The translations under genes were made by a program, and so were the position numbers. The notes beneath the pieces were generated by a model. That model saw only the letters and a list, made by a program, of their open reading frames with translations. It made no database searches and was not told the DNA's origin. Of a stretch of 64,000 nucleotides of DNA, positions 29,310 through 37,994 are shown piece by piece; position 1 is the stretch's first letter; each line of letters starts with the position of its first letter. The stretch lies in the IMG/VR virus record IMGVR_UViG_3300027573_000779, positions 62,001 to 126,000 of that record; one strand, given 5' to 3'.

Positions 29310-30256
29310 TGAGAATAATAACCTACCAAGACACAAGTGCGCCGACCTTAAGTAGTTCGGCAGGAAGCTTAATAACTGTTTTGGACGCTGTTTTAGTTAA
29401 TGGTTTTGGTTCAACAAGCCCTTTGGGTTGGACTAAACCATATTCTGGAACTAATCAGGCAAAATATCGGATGGGTGCAGGTATTATGCATTATCTTCTT
29501 GTTGCTGATGATTCAACTTCAGGAAGTGCCACAATAGCAGCCTGTGCAGGATTTGAAACCTCAGATAGTATTAGTTCTGGCACAGGGCGCTATCCCGCTG
29601 TAGGTCAAGGAATAAGTTCTTTAGGATGGGTTTCGTGTGTTAAATCAACCGTTGCTTCGGCTCCTTGGTATATTATAGGAGATGAAAGGAGTTTTACTCT
29701 TGTAACTTATTTTAGTGGAACCGATGGTGGTGATGCTAGATGTTTTCATTTTGGAGAATATTACAACTATGGTTCCCCTTTTACCTATCGTGGAAATATA
29801 GTCGGACAAAGTTCATTTAGCACCAGCCAATCATTTGAAAGCCTCCACGCGGTAAATGTAATAAACACTACAGCCGCCATAGCTGGAAGTTTTGTTTGTA
29901 GGCCAGCTACCGGTAACCCCACATCTGTAAATGTTGGCAGAATTGGGGATAGGAGTCGCGGAGGTTATGACGCGGCTTCAAATAACATAGGAGTTGTTCC
30001 CTTCCCAAATTCATCAGATGGAGGAATTTATTTGGCCCCAATTAGAATAACCGACCCAACAACAACTCCCGTTGGTGGGATTTTGGGTCATTTAAGAGGT
30101 ATATGGCATCAGGTTCATCCTAGTCTTTCATTAGTTCATAAAGGTGTCTATCAAGGGTCGGGAGCTTTGGCGGGAAAGAGTTTTATTATGCTCTACAGTA
30201 GTATAGTTGTTGGGAACCATGTTTTTGAAATCAGCGATAATGTAGACACTAATTAA
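29309..30256 (+). CDS. Tail-fibre-associated protein (paralog B)
   Basis: DTSAPTLSSSAGSLITVLDAVLVNGFG; shares GWTKPYSGTN, DGGxYLAP and GSGALxGK with the previous gene. Confidence 0.6.
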   Translation: MRIITYQDTSAPTLSSSAGSLITVLDAVLVNGFGSTSPLGWTKPYSGTNQAKYRMGAGIMHYLLVADDSTSGSATIAACAGFETSDSISSGTGRYPAVGQGISSLGWVSCVKSTVASAPWYIIGDERSFTLVTYFSGTDGGDARCFHFGEYYNYGSPFTYRGNIVGQSSFSTSQSFESLHAVNVINTTAAIAGSFVCRPATGNPTSVNVGRIGDRSRGGYDAASNNIGVVPFPNSSDGGIYLAPIRITDPTTTPVGGILGHLRGIWHQVHPSLSLVHKGVYQGSGALAGKSFIMLYSSIVVGNHVFEISDNVDTN

Positions 30257-30258
30257 CT

Positions 30259-30759
30259 ATGCCTAACCAACCAATCTCAGGAAAAGCACGAATTGGATAT
30301 ATTGCGGTTTTGAGTCAAACAGCAGTAAGTATGCCTATTTTAAGACCCCTTAGGTTGCGTTGCATCCAAGCTGGCAACACTTATATGATATTAGGAGGAA
30401 GAGATAATACTGAAGGGAATTCACTTCAACCATGTTTAAAAATAGAATCTCAGGGGTATTATCAATTTAGATGGGGAAGAAGTGGGACCGTTCAAAGTAT
30501 CTCTGTAGACGTAAAACAAGCAGTTAATTTGTCTCCAAGACCTTCACTTTACGTTTATCCTAATACTGATATTGGGGTAACCGGGGTTTCTGGTTATGGG
30601 TATGAAGTTTTTGCAGCAAGCGGCGCAGGATGGGTAACAATTGGGCCTGTGCCGGTAACTGGCACTGGAATTGGTGCTGTTAAAGTGGAATTAAGGGCTA
30701 ATTATGATGGTCAATATAATAGTGCTCCCTGCTATTGGGACCATTTGGCAACTAGTTAA
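30259..30759 (+). CDS. Hypothetical structural protein (beta-sandwich-like)
   Basis: Tightly packed in operon; resembles the C-terminal domain of 37995-40706. Confidence 0.5.
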   Translation: MPNQPISGKARIGYIAVLSQTAVSMPILRPLRLRCIQAGNTYMILGGRDNTEGNSLQPCLKIESQGYYQFRWGRSGTVQSISVDVKQAVNLSPRPSLYVYPNTDIGVTGVSGYGYEVFAASGAGWVTIGPVPVTGTGIGAVKVELRANYDGQYNSAPCYWDHLATS

Positions 30760-30762
30760 TTT

Positions 30763-30951
30763 ATGGCAGAAAGTCAATTTAATAATTGGGTAGATGGGGC
30801 GCTTTTTCTTGATACTGGAGGCGATAATAACTTTGCGATGTGGTTTCAGGGTGCGCCAGTTTTCGACCTAAACGCCGAAGGCCAAGAGGAAGAAGAAGGA
30901 GGCGAAACTTTCATTAATGTTTCCAATAGGCGGCGCTGTGCTTTCTTTTAA
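30763..30951 (+). CDS. Small hypothetical protein
   Basis: Two WxxGAxxF-type motifs, also at the N-terminus of 40710-41231. Confidence 0.5.
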   Translation: MAESQFNNWVDGALFLDTGGDNNFAMWFQGAPVFDLNAEGQEEEEGGETFINVSNRRRCAFF

Positions 30952-30987
30952 TACTTTTCTCCCAAAAATTGTGTAAACACTCTTGAT

Positions 30988-31347
30988 ATGCAAGATTTTA
31001 ATGTGGAATTTTCTAATTCTATTGCTAAATGGCTTTTGGCCAAATCCAGCATATTAAATCCCAAAGTGGGCAGTTTTAATAAACTTTCTGCTATTTTTCT
31101 AAAAGGCAAGACTATTGAAGAAGGGGTGGCTTATGTTCTAAAATATATCCAGTCGCTTCATGAAAAAACAAAGGGTTTGGGTTTTGAGTTAGTCATTAAA
31201 GGCAAACAAGAAGAACTTGTTTATCCTATTGAGGAACTAAAAGCGGCGCAAGAAGAACTTAAAGCTTTAAATATCCAACAATTTAATTTTCCAGTTAGCG
31301 ATTTATACTTAGAACTCCCAAATCACGAACTTTGGTTTTCTTTTTAA
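30988..31347 (+). CDS. Hypothetical protein
   Basis: ORF preceded by TGTGTAA at 30970. Confidence 0.6.
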   Translation: MQDFNVEFSNSIAKWLLAKSSILNPKVGSFNKLSAIFLKGKTIEEGVAYVLKYIQSLHEKTKGLGFELVIKGKQEELVYPIEELKAAQEELKALNIQQFNFPVSDLYLELPNHELWFSF

Positions 31348-31370
31348 ATGTGTAATAATAAGGAACTTAT

Positions 31371-31721
31371 ATGAGCGAAAAACTTAATCAACTTAAGACT
31401 ATGATAGCGACATCTCAAGAAAATTTAAAAAAAATGCAGGCGGAAATGCCTGAAGATGACCGCATGAATAAAATGATGAAGGAAATGTATCGTTACATGG
31501 ACTATGTCATGGGCTATATCTATGAAATGGAGGCATCAGGATATAAACAGTGGGAAAGACATAATGTTGGGCACATCCCATCCGTGAAAGGTGCGGGTAA
31601 AATGCAAGCTGTTTTGGAAGCTCTTGGCCTTGATGATGATTATGAAGTTTATAAACCCATGATTTCTGTAGCTAAGACTAAGCGTGGGATGGAAATTGAG
31701 GCTAGTTATACAAAGAAATAA
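31371..31721 (+). CDS. Hypothetical protein
   Basis: ORF preceded by TGTGTAA at 31349 and an AAGGA ribosome-binding site. Confidence 0.65.
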   Translation: MSEKLNQLKTMIATSQENLKKMQAEMPEDDRMNKMMKEMYRYMDYVMGYIYEMEASGYKQWERHNVGHIPSVKGAGKMQAVLEALGLDDDYEVYKPMISVAKTKRGMEIEASYTKK

Positions 31722-33361
31722 TGAAACAACCAAAATATAAAATATTATTTTCAAGCACGGTTAAACCTATCGTTAGCGCCGAAAAGGATAAATATTTATC
31801 TATAGCTTCCCTTAATGAGCTTCGTTCGTTCCTTCCTGATTTAGATATAGAAGGCAATGTAGATGTTCTTCCGATATCATTTAACGCCTGTGTTGTAAAC
31901 AGGAGAAACAAAAATTTTCATGGCGTTGATACAACTATAGCTTTACAAATAGTTAAAAAGTTCCCTACAAAATATGTAAATATTGAACACTCAAGGGATA
32001 AGGTAGTTGGAACTATTATTAGCGCTAGTTTTTCTGAGTTCGGCACCGACAAACCTCTTACAGAAGAGGATATTAAAGATACTAAAAAACCATTTAATAT
32101 CACTCTATCTGGAATTATCTGGAGAGTAGTTAGTGAAGAATTGGCTGATAAAATAGAAGAGTCAAACGACCCCGCAAGTCCTTATTATGCAAAGATTTCC
32201 GCAAGTTGGGAGCTTGGTTTTTATGATTATGTAATAGCTAAATTACCCAAAAACAAGAAAAATCTGGAAGACGCTATCGAGATTATAAAAGACGAAGAAA
32301 AGATTCAAGAACTGGAAACCTCAATGAAAGCTGGCGCTCTTGAAGATGTTGAACTTTGCACATTGCCCGTAGGAGATGTTTTAGCTTATGGGATTGGATT
32401 AACTGAAACTCCCGCCGCTGATGTTCAGGGAATAGCTGTTCCCGAAGAAAATGTTCCCAAGGTAGTTAAAGCTGAAGTCACTTGCCAAGATTTAGTTGAT
32501 GATATAACCAGAGCGGGGGGCACAGTAGTCAACCCAATTTTTACCACCACCAACACAACTACAGGAGCAATTCAATTAATTTATCATCAAGTAGGCGAAG
32601 ACATGGCTGAAAACACTAAAAAACTAAGCAAGATAATTGATAATAAAGTTACAGAAGTAATTAGCCGCGAAATTCTACATCTACAAAATACTAGTTCCCA
32701 TATTAATAATTTAAATGTAAAAAAGGATAGCTTGACTATGAAGATTAAGGACGTTAAAGATATTACGGATGAAGCTCTGAAGACTATTACTGCCTCAGAA
32801 ATTACTGATTTCATCTCCGAACAACTAAAACAAGCTAATGAGCAGTATGTTACTGAAAAGAACGCCGCTCAGGAAGCTGCCAATAAAGCTAAGGCCGACT
32901 ACGAAGGTCTTTTAGCTGAAAGTAACACCCTCAAAACTAAACTGGCCGAAATTGAAAAGTCGTTGAATGACTTTAAGGAACAGGCCAAAGCTCGTGAGCT
33001 TCAGGAGAATTTTAATACCCATATGGGTCTTATTTCTGATAAATATGAACTTGATGACGAAACTCGGAAATTGGTTGCTTCCCAAATTCAAGGGCTTAGC
33101 AACGAAGATTTTGTACCTTATGAAAAGAATCTTTCGGTCCTTTTAAAAGGTAAAGAAAAGAAAGCTCAAACGGTTGTAGCATCTACTGATACTAAACCCA
33201 ATCCCGACACTATTGTTAGTGACGCAATTGATAAAGGAGCTAAAGACAAAGTTGTTGTTCCTGCTACCCCATCAAATCAACCTACACTGGAAGACAAATG
33301 GAAGGCAAGTTTTGGGCCTGAAGGATGGATAATTGGTGGAAACAGTAGAAAACACAACTAA
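31721..33361 (+). CDS. Prohead protease fused to scaffold protein
   Basis: N-terminal VNIEH..VVG and SASWE (His/Ser protease-like); C-terminal coiled coil; sits two genes before the major capsid gene. Confidence 0.7.
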   Translation: MKQPKYKILFSSTVKPIVSAEKDKYLSIASLNELRSFLPDLDIEGNVDVLPISFNACVVNRRNKNFHGVDTTIALQIVKKFPTKYVNIEHSRDKVVGTIISASFSEFGTDKPLTEEDIKDTKKPFNITLSGIIWRVVSEELADKIEESNDPASPYYAKISASWELGFYDYVIAKLPKNKKNLEDAIEIIKDEEKIQELETSMKAGALEDVELCTLPVGDVLAYGIGLTETPAADVQGIAVPEENVPKVVKAEVTCQDLVDDITRAGGTVVNPIFTTTNTTTGAIQLIYHQVGEDMAENTKKLSKIIDNKVTEVISREILHLQNTSSHINNLNVKKDSLTMKIKDVKDITDEALKTITASEITDFISEQLKQANEQYVTEKNAAQEAANKAKADYEGLLAESNTLKTKLAEIEKSLNDFKEQAKARELQENFNTHMGLISDKYELDDETRKLVASQIQGLSNEDFVPYEKNLSVLLKGKEKKAQTVVASTDTKPNPDTIVSDAIDKGAKDKVVVPATPSNQPTLEDKWKASFGPEGWIIGGNSRKHN

Positions 33362-33393
33362 TAACAATAAATTTTAAGGAGAAATAAAGAATT

Positions 33394-33945
33394 ATGCCAA
33401 ATATTAAACCATTTCGTACGGTAAATGAGTACGATGTACTTAACCTCTTCGCTTACAGTGGCACTTTGCCTGTCGTGGCTGGAACATTTGTAAGAATTTT
33501 GAGTGGGTGGGAACCGGGACAAGAACTCTCTGAACTAGGTTCAGTGGGTGCTTCCTACGCAAACACAGTGTCTCTCCGCTATGGTATCGCAGCCAAGGTG
33601 GGTATGACAAATCTAACGGGCTATTCTTCAATCGGCATGTTGCTTAACGATGTGCGCGAACTTGATGAAAATGGCGAAAAACTGATTTTTAAACCTCGTA
33701 AAGCTGCTGAAATGCAATGCGTGATAAGTGGACTGGCTGTTCCAATTGCTACTGCGGGTATCTTCCTGTATAGCGGCATTAACGGAACTCCGGTTGCTGG
33801 CAACCCCGCCTATTCTACTGGCGACGGTCAGCTTTCGACAACTCCAAGTCCTTCTTCGGGTCAACATGCGGTTGCCGAACGAGTTGGAACGTTCCTCGGA
33901 CCTAAGAGCAGCAACGGTTTCGCGTTGTTTAAGCTGGAGCTTTAA
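33394..33945 (+). CDS. Capsid decoration/cement protein
   Basis: Between scaffold and capsid genes; Gly-rich beta protein; strong AAGGAG ribosome-binding site. Confidence 0.6.
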   Translation: MPNIKPFRTVNEYDVLNLFAYSGTLPVVAGTFVRILSGWEPGQELSELGSVGASYANTVSLRYGIAAKVGMTNLTGYSSIGMLLNDVRELDENGEKLIFKPRKAAEMQCVISGLAVPIATAGIFLYSGINGTPVAGNPAYSTGDGQLSTTPSPSSGQHAVAERVGTFLGPKSSNGFALFKLEL

Positions 33946-33980
33946 TTCTAACAGAAAGATTTAAATAATAAGGATTTTAT

Positions 33981-35096
33981 ATGAAATTAAAACTTAAAGC
34001 CACACAAGAACAAATCGAGCTTATTAAGATGATAGGTTCTCGTAATCTTACGGAATCTCGTAAAGCTCAAGACATGTTGGCAGCTTTCATTGCAGAAGTC
34101 ATTAGCAAAGTACTTGCTCAAGCCGGTACCGCTTCTCTAATTTATACTGACAGCACTTTTAACGAGGATGATGACCCGTCAATTCCTCTGGAACTTTTCT
34201 ATGACCAAAATGAAACTCAATGGGTTACTGTTTGGTCTCAAGCAATTGCTGGTGGTTTGCCAACCTCCCAAGTTTCGGGAGTTGCTGAACTTAAAGTAAG
34301 CACTTATCGCCTTGATAGCGCGGTTAGTTTTGCTAAGAAATATGCGAGAAAGTCTCGCCTTGACGTAATTTCTAAAGCCGTGGAACGCATGGCACAGGAA
34401 ATTTTGGTTAAACAGGAACGTAATGCTTGGGCAGTTATTATGCGAGCGGTTTCCGAAGCTAGAACTAACGGAAATCTTCACATTTTAGAATGTCTAACTG
34501 AAAACGTATTCCAGTTGGATGACATGAATACACTCATGACTCTTATCCGACGCTTCAATACTTCATGGGCTAGCGGCACTCCTACTTCTTTGGACTCTTT
34601 TGGTCTTACTGACCTATTTGTAAGTCCTGAGATTAAGGAACAGATTCGCGCCTTTGCGTATGAGCCGATGAACACTCGGGCTGGCACTATGACTTCTAGC
34701 GGCGCTACTGCGGTTCCTCTTCCTGATTCTATTAGGGAGCAGATTTATCGCAATGTAGGAACTTCTGAGATTTATGGAGTTAATATCCATGACCTTAATG
34801 AACTTGGCCTTAGCCAAAAGTATAACACGTTGTTTCAAACCTTTGCGGGCGCTTTGGGAGTTGGTAAAAATTCCACTGAGTTTGTAAGTGCCAACGATGA
34901 AGCGCTTATTGGTTTTGACCTTGGAAGAGAATGTTTCATTCGTCCTCTGGCTCAGAACGCTGATAACGGCGGAACCGTAGTGTCTCACCCTGATGACCAA
35001 TGGGTTATTAGAAGTGAGAAGGCTGGTTTTTATACCGCAATTGAGGAAGGGCGTCTCTGCCTTGATGGACGTGGTGTTTGCGCCTTGGTTGTCTAA
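33981..35096 (+). CDS. Major capsid protein (HK97-fold expected)
   Basis: 371 aa after protease and decoration genes; LTDLFVSPE motif; strong ribosome-binding site; followed by a terminator. Confidence 0.8.
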   Translation: MKLKLKATQEQIELIKMIGSRNLTESRKAQDMLAAFIAEVISKVLAQAGTASLIYTDSTFNEDDDPSIPLELFYDQNETQWVTVWSQAIAGGLPTSQVSGVAELKVSTYRLDSAVSFAKKYARKSRLDVISKAVERMAQEILVKQERNAWAVIMRAVSEARTNGNLHILECLTENVFQLDDMNTLMTLIRRFNTSWASGTPTSLDSFGLTDLFVSPEIKEQIRAFAYEPMNTRAGTMTSSGATAVPLPDSIREQIYRNVGTSEIYGVNIHDLNELGLSQKYNTLFQTFAGALGVGKNSTEFVSANDEALIGFDLGRECFIRPLAQNADNGGTVVSHPDDQWVIRSEKAGFYTAIEEGRLCLDGRGVCALVV

Positions 35097-35118
35097 TTTT
35101 TAGATAATATCACAACTT

Positions 35119-35148
35119 AGAGGTAGAAGAAATTCTACCTCTTTTTTT
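35119..35148 (+). terminator. Intrinsic terminator
   Basis: AGAGGTAGAA-GAAA-TTCTACCTCT then T run. Confidence 0.9.
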
Positions 35149-35199
35149 GTTCTCTAAATTTAATTGCGTGTGTAACACTTCATAGGAAAAAGGCAATTT

Positions 35200-35535
35200 A
35201 TGCGAAGAAAAAAGGAACTAAAACAAATAGACGGTAAAGAAGAACGGCACGAACCCTCTTCACTAGAACAAATTTGGGGCGACTCGGGACTAAGTAAATA
35301 TAACACTTTTGATGTTAATACTTATAAGCAAAATCTGGCCGAAATGACTAAAGCGGACCTACAATCTCACGCTGTTAGAGTTAATATTATTCCAATAGAT
35401 GATAGAGAACAGCTAGTAAAAAGACTTGTTCGCGAATTTAATCGGCACGTTGGTAGTTTTCAACAGCCAGTTGTTAAGAAAAATGAAGTAAAACCAACAA
35501 AAGAAGTTTTTAAAATTCTAAGTGAAGGTAGATAA
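35200..35535 (+). CDS. Hypothetical protein
   Basis: Preceded by TGTGTAA at 35169 and AGGAAAAAGG. Confidence 0.65.
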   Translation: MRRKKELKQIDGKEERHEPSSLEQIWGDSGLSKYNTFDVNTYKQNLAEMTKADLQSHAVRVNIIPIDDREQLVKRLVREFNRHVGSFQQPVVKKNEVKPTKEVFKILSEGR

Positions 35536-35565
35536 GTGTAATCATTAATGGAGATTTTATAATTT

Positions 35566-36090
35566 ATGGCATCACTATTTTCATTTGCTGAAGACAACGG
35601 AGCCGCATTCGGAACCCCTGCTACAGGAAGCACAAGAACATGGTTCAGGACCGAATCTAACTGGAAAAACGTTGATGACTCAACAACGGCTTACAGTTCT
35701 TCACCAATCACAGCAGGCAATAACTCTTATGGTAAATACCAGTTTGGAGTTATTACAGGTACTTTTAATCAAGTAAGTAACGGTAAATTTGGACATACTA
35801 CAGGCACTTTTGGGGCCGGTATTACTTTAGTAGGTAGAGTTGACTCAGGTTATACTACTCCTGCTACAACCGCCCTAGGAAGCGCAACAAACATCACTGT
35901 GCCAAGCGGTCTAACAGATGCGGCTTTTACTGTTACTTTTGCGGGTAATGGTCCTCAGTATGCTAATAGTTCAACGTTGGCAGTTACGGGATACAGTATG
36001 TACCTAATTTCTCAACTTCAAACTACAACGGGAGCTTCGCCGGGCGACACCAGTACCGCTACCCTCACATTGCAGTACGACGAATCGTAA
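35566..36090 (+). CDS. Probable virion structural protein (Thr/Gly-rich beta sandwich)
   Basis: Composition and ending LQTTTGASPGD...LQYDES; has its own GTGTAA motif and terminator. Confidence 0.55.
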   Translation: MASLFSFAEDNGAAFGTPATGSTRTWFRTESNWKNVDDSTTAYSSSPITAGNNSYGKYQFGVITGTFNQVSNGKFGHTTGTFGAGITLVGRVDSGYTTPATTALGSATNITVPSGLTDAAFTVTFAGNGPQYANSSTLAVTGYSMYLISQLQTTTGASPGDTSTATLTLQYDES

Positions 36091-36122
36091 AAGTCTCTGG
36101 AAATCAACAACTTACAAATATT

Positions 36123-36151
36123 AACCCTCGAAAAGTTTTGAGGGTTTTTTT
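36123..36151 (+). terminator. Intrinsic terminator
   Basis: AACCCTCGAAA...TTTTGAGGGTT then T run. Confidence 0.75.
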
Positions 36152-36152
36152 A

Positions 36153-36181
36153 TTGACAAAAGTTGAAACTTTAAATATTTT
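36153..36181 (+). promoter_or_regulatory. Candidate sigma-70-type promoter of HNH gene
   Basis: TTGACA-N17-TATTTT. Confidence 0.55.
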
Positions 36182-36190
36182 TATTATCAA

Positions 36191-37078
36191 ATGATAAGTG
36201 CTGACAATCCTTATTTAAGCCAAAAAGAGTATTTCGAAAAATTATACGTAGAAGAAAAGAAAAGTTCTTGGGAAATTGCAAAACTTTTAGATATTTCACA
36301 AAACTCTGTAATGTGTATTTTAAAAGCTCATAATATCCCAAGACGCTCTTATAAAGAAAACAAAATGCCAGTCCCTAAAGGCTCTAATCTTTCAGAAGCT
36401 CACAAACAAGCTCTTTCTAAATCACATATCGGAAAAATTGTTTTAAATCCCGAAACAGGTCGCGGCTACAATTTCAGTCAAATTGAAGTTGAATGTGGCT
36501 TTTGTAAGACAAAAATCTTTAAAAAGAAATGCCACACCGAACAACACAAAGTTTTCTTTTGCAATCACAAATGTCACGCTGGTTATAAAAAGGGCAAACC
36601 AAGTCTACACTATGCACGTAAAAGCGTTGCTTGCACTGAATGCGGCGAAACTTTAATAAGAAAACGATGCGAAATTAACAAAAATAAGAACGGGCGCTTC
36701 TTTTGTGACCAAATTTGTGCTGGTATCTGGAAATGCAAAAACCTCACAGGAGACAAGGTTTATAATTACAGAGGCGGCTACGAGAAATGGGAAAATTATG
36801 GCCCATCTTGGCCTTGGGCGCGGAAACAAGCCCTAGAAAGAGATAATCATACTTGTCAAAACTGCGGCAAAACTAAACAAGACTTAGGTAAGGAACCAGA
36901 CGTTCATCACAAAATCCCCTTCAGATTCTTTGGTCTAGAACGCCACGAAAAGGCTAACAGGCTATCTAATTTAGTCTGCTACTGTCCCAAATGCCACAAA
37001 GATATTGAAGAACGCGACCTTCCAATGATTGAAAATTACGCAAAAATCGTTAGAGGAATTCACCTTCCAAAAGTATAA
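36191..37078 (+). CDS. HNH homing endonuclease with HTH, NUMOD3-like and Zn-finger domains
   Basis: EIAKLLDIS HTH; LSEAHKQALS; two CxxC...FCxxxC units; CQNCG...DVHHKIP...NRLSNLVCYCPKCH. Confidence 0.88.
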   Translation: MISADNPYLSQKEYFEKLYVEEKKSSWEIAKLLDISQNSVMCILKAHNIPRRSYKENKMPVPKGSNLSEAHKQALSKSHIGKIVLNPETGRGYNFSQIEVECGFCKTKIFKKKCHTEQHKVFFCNHKCHAGYKKGKPSLHYARKSVACTECGETLIRKRCEINKNKNGRFFCDQICAGIWKCKNLTGDKVYNYRGGYEKWENYGPSWPWARKQALERDNHTCQNCGKTKQDLGKEPDVHHKIPFRFFGLERHEKANRLSNLVCYCPKCHKDIEERDLPMIENYAKIVRGIHLPKV

Positions 37079-37100
37079 TACTTGGTAAACATAATACCAT

Positions 37101-37493
37101 ATGCAATTCAAATATCTTTTCGAGGCTCTTTTAAAAGACGAGTCGGTTATCAAACAAAACCAAGAAGACAAATCCGCTACTACAAAAGGGAAGAATTGTT
37201 TTTATGACGTTATGCAAAACATGGACAACCTTGTGGCCTTTGGTATGTTTAATCAAGAAAAAGACGAATCTTATGCTGTAGATTTAACCACTGGGCGCTT
37301 TGTTGTTAATGGAGCTTCTTTTTTTGTTCATGACGAACCCCTTTCAAACATTCGTCTTATTTACTTTAAGCGCAATTTTATTACTTTAAACTTACTAGAG
37401 AACCAAGAGGTCCGCGATGCGACCTATCATTTTGGTTTTCAAGCTAATCTTCCAAACGGCAGCAACTTTCAGCGAGTTATGGTTTTGCATTAG
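37101..37493 (+). CDS. Hypothetical phage protein
   Basis: VDLTTGRFVVNG, RLIYFKRN, YHFGFQ. Confidence 0.6.
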   Translation: MQFKYLFEALLKDESVIKQNQEDKSATTKGKNCFYDVMQNMDNLVAFGMFNQEKDESYAVDLTTGRFVVNGASFFVHDEPLSNIRLIYFKRNFITLNLLENQEVRDATYHFGFQANLPNGSNFQRVMVLH

Positions 37494-37544
37494 AGCTTCC
37501 ATAGTTTTCTAGTGTAAAACGTACCAGCTTAACTCAAAGAAAAT

Positions 37545-37572
37545 GGCCAAGAAGCAATTCTTGGCTTTTTTT
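37545..37572 (+). terminator. Intrinsic terminator
   Basis: GGCCAAGAA-GCAA-TTCTTGGCT then T run. Confidence 0.85.
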
Positions 37573-37624
37573 GTGTAATAGATAAAGAGAGGCAATACCA
37601 TGCTCCCCAACAATACAATGAATT

Positions 37625-37993
37625 ATGGCATATCAAGCGACAATTTTAAGTAGGATAACACAGTTCGGCACCACTCAGATTATTGCTGAATTTGTTGATA
37701 ATCAAGGAGTTATGCCGCGAAGAGTCGCAACTAGGGTTTGGAACAAAGAAAATGTTACTAATCCAGAACTAATTGTGGCGCGGAATGAAGTTATAGCTCA
37801 GTTAACAGCAGAATACGATGAACTTACTGAAAAAAATTCTAACATGACTACTTTTAAAGAAAAGTTGACTCAATATCTCGATACAAAAATATTAGAAATT
37901 ACAGAACAATATTTAGCCGACCTTCAAAACTATAACTTAAACGAAAAACAAATAGCAATAGCTTTAAAAGTAAGATTTAAATGGGAAGTTTAA
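37625..37993 (+). CDS. Hypothetical protein
   Basis: First gene after TGTGTAA at 37572. Confidence 0.6.
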   Translation: MAYQATILSRITQFGTTQIIAEFVDNQGVMPRRVATRVWNKENVTNPELIVARNEVIAQLTAEYDELTEKNSNMTTFKEKLTQYLDTKILEITEQYLADLQNYNLNEKQIAIALKVRFKWEV

Positions 37994-37994
37994 T

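Noticed and set aside
36088-36118. AAATCAACAACTTAC as a recombination or att site
   Set aside because: Only a weak half-palindrome, and no recombinase in the window.
37512-37572. Small RNA between a GTGTAA motif and the terminator
   Set aside because: Only about 55 nt and no structure beyond the terminator hairpin; insufficient support.
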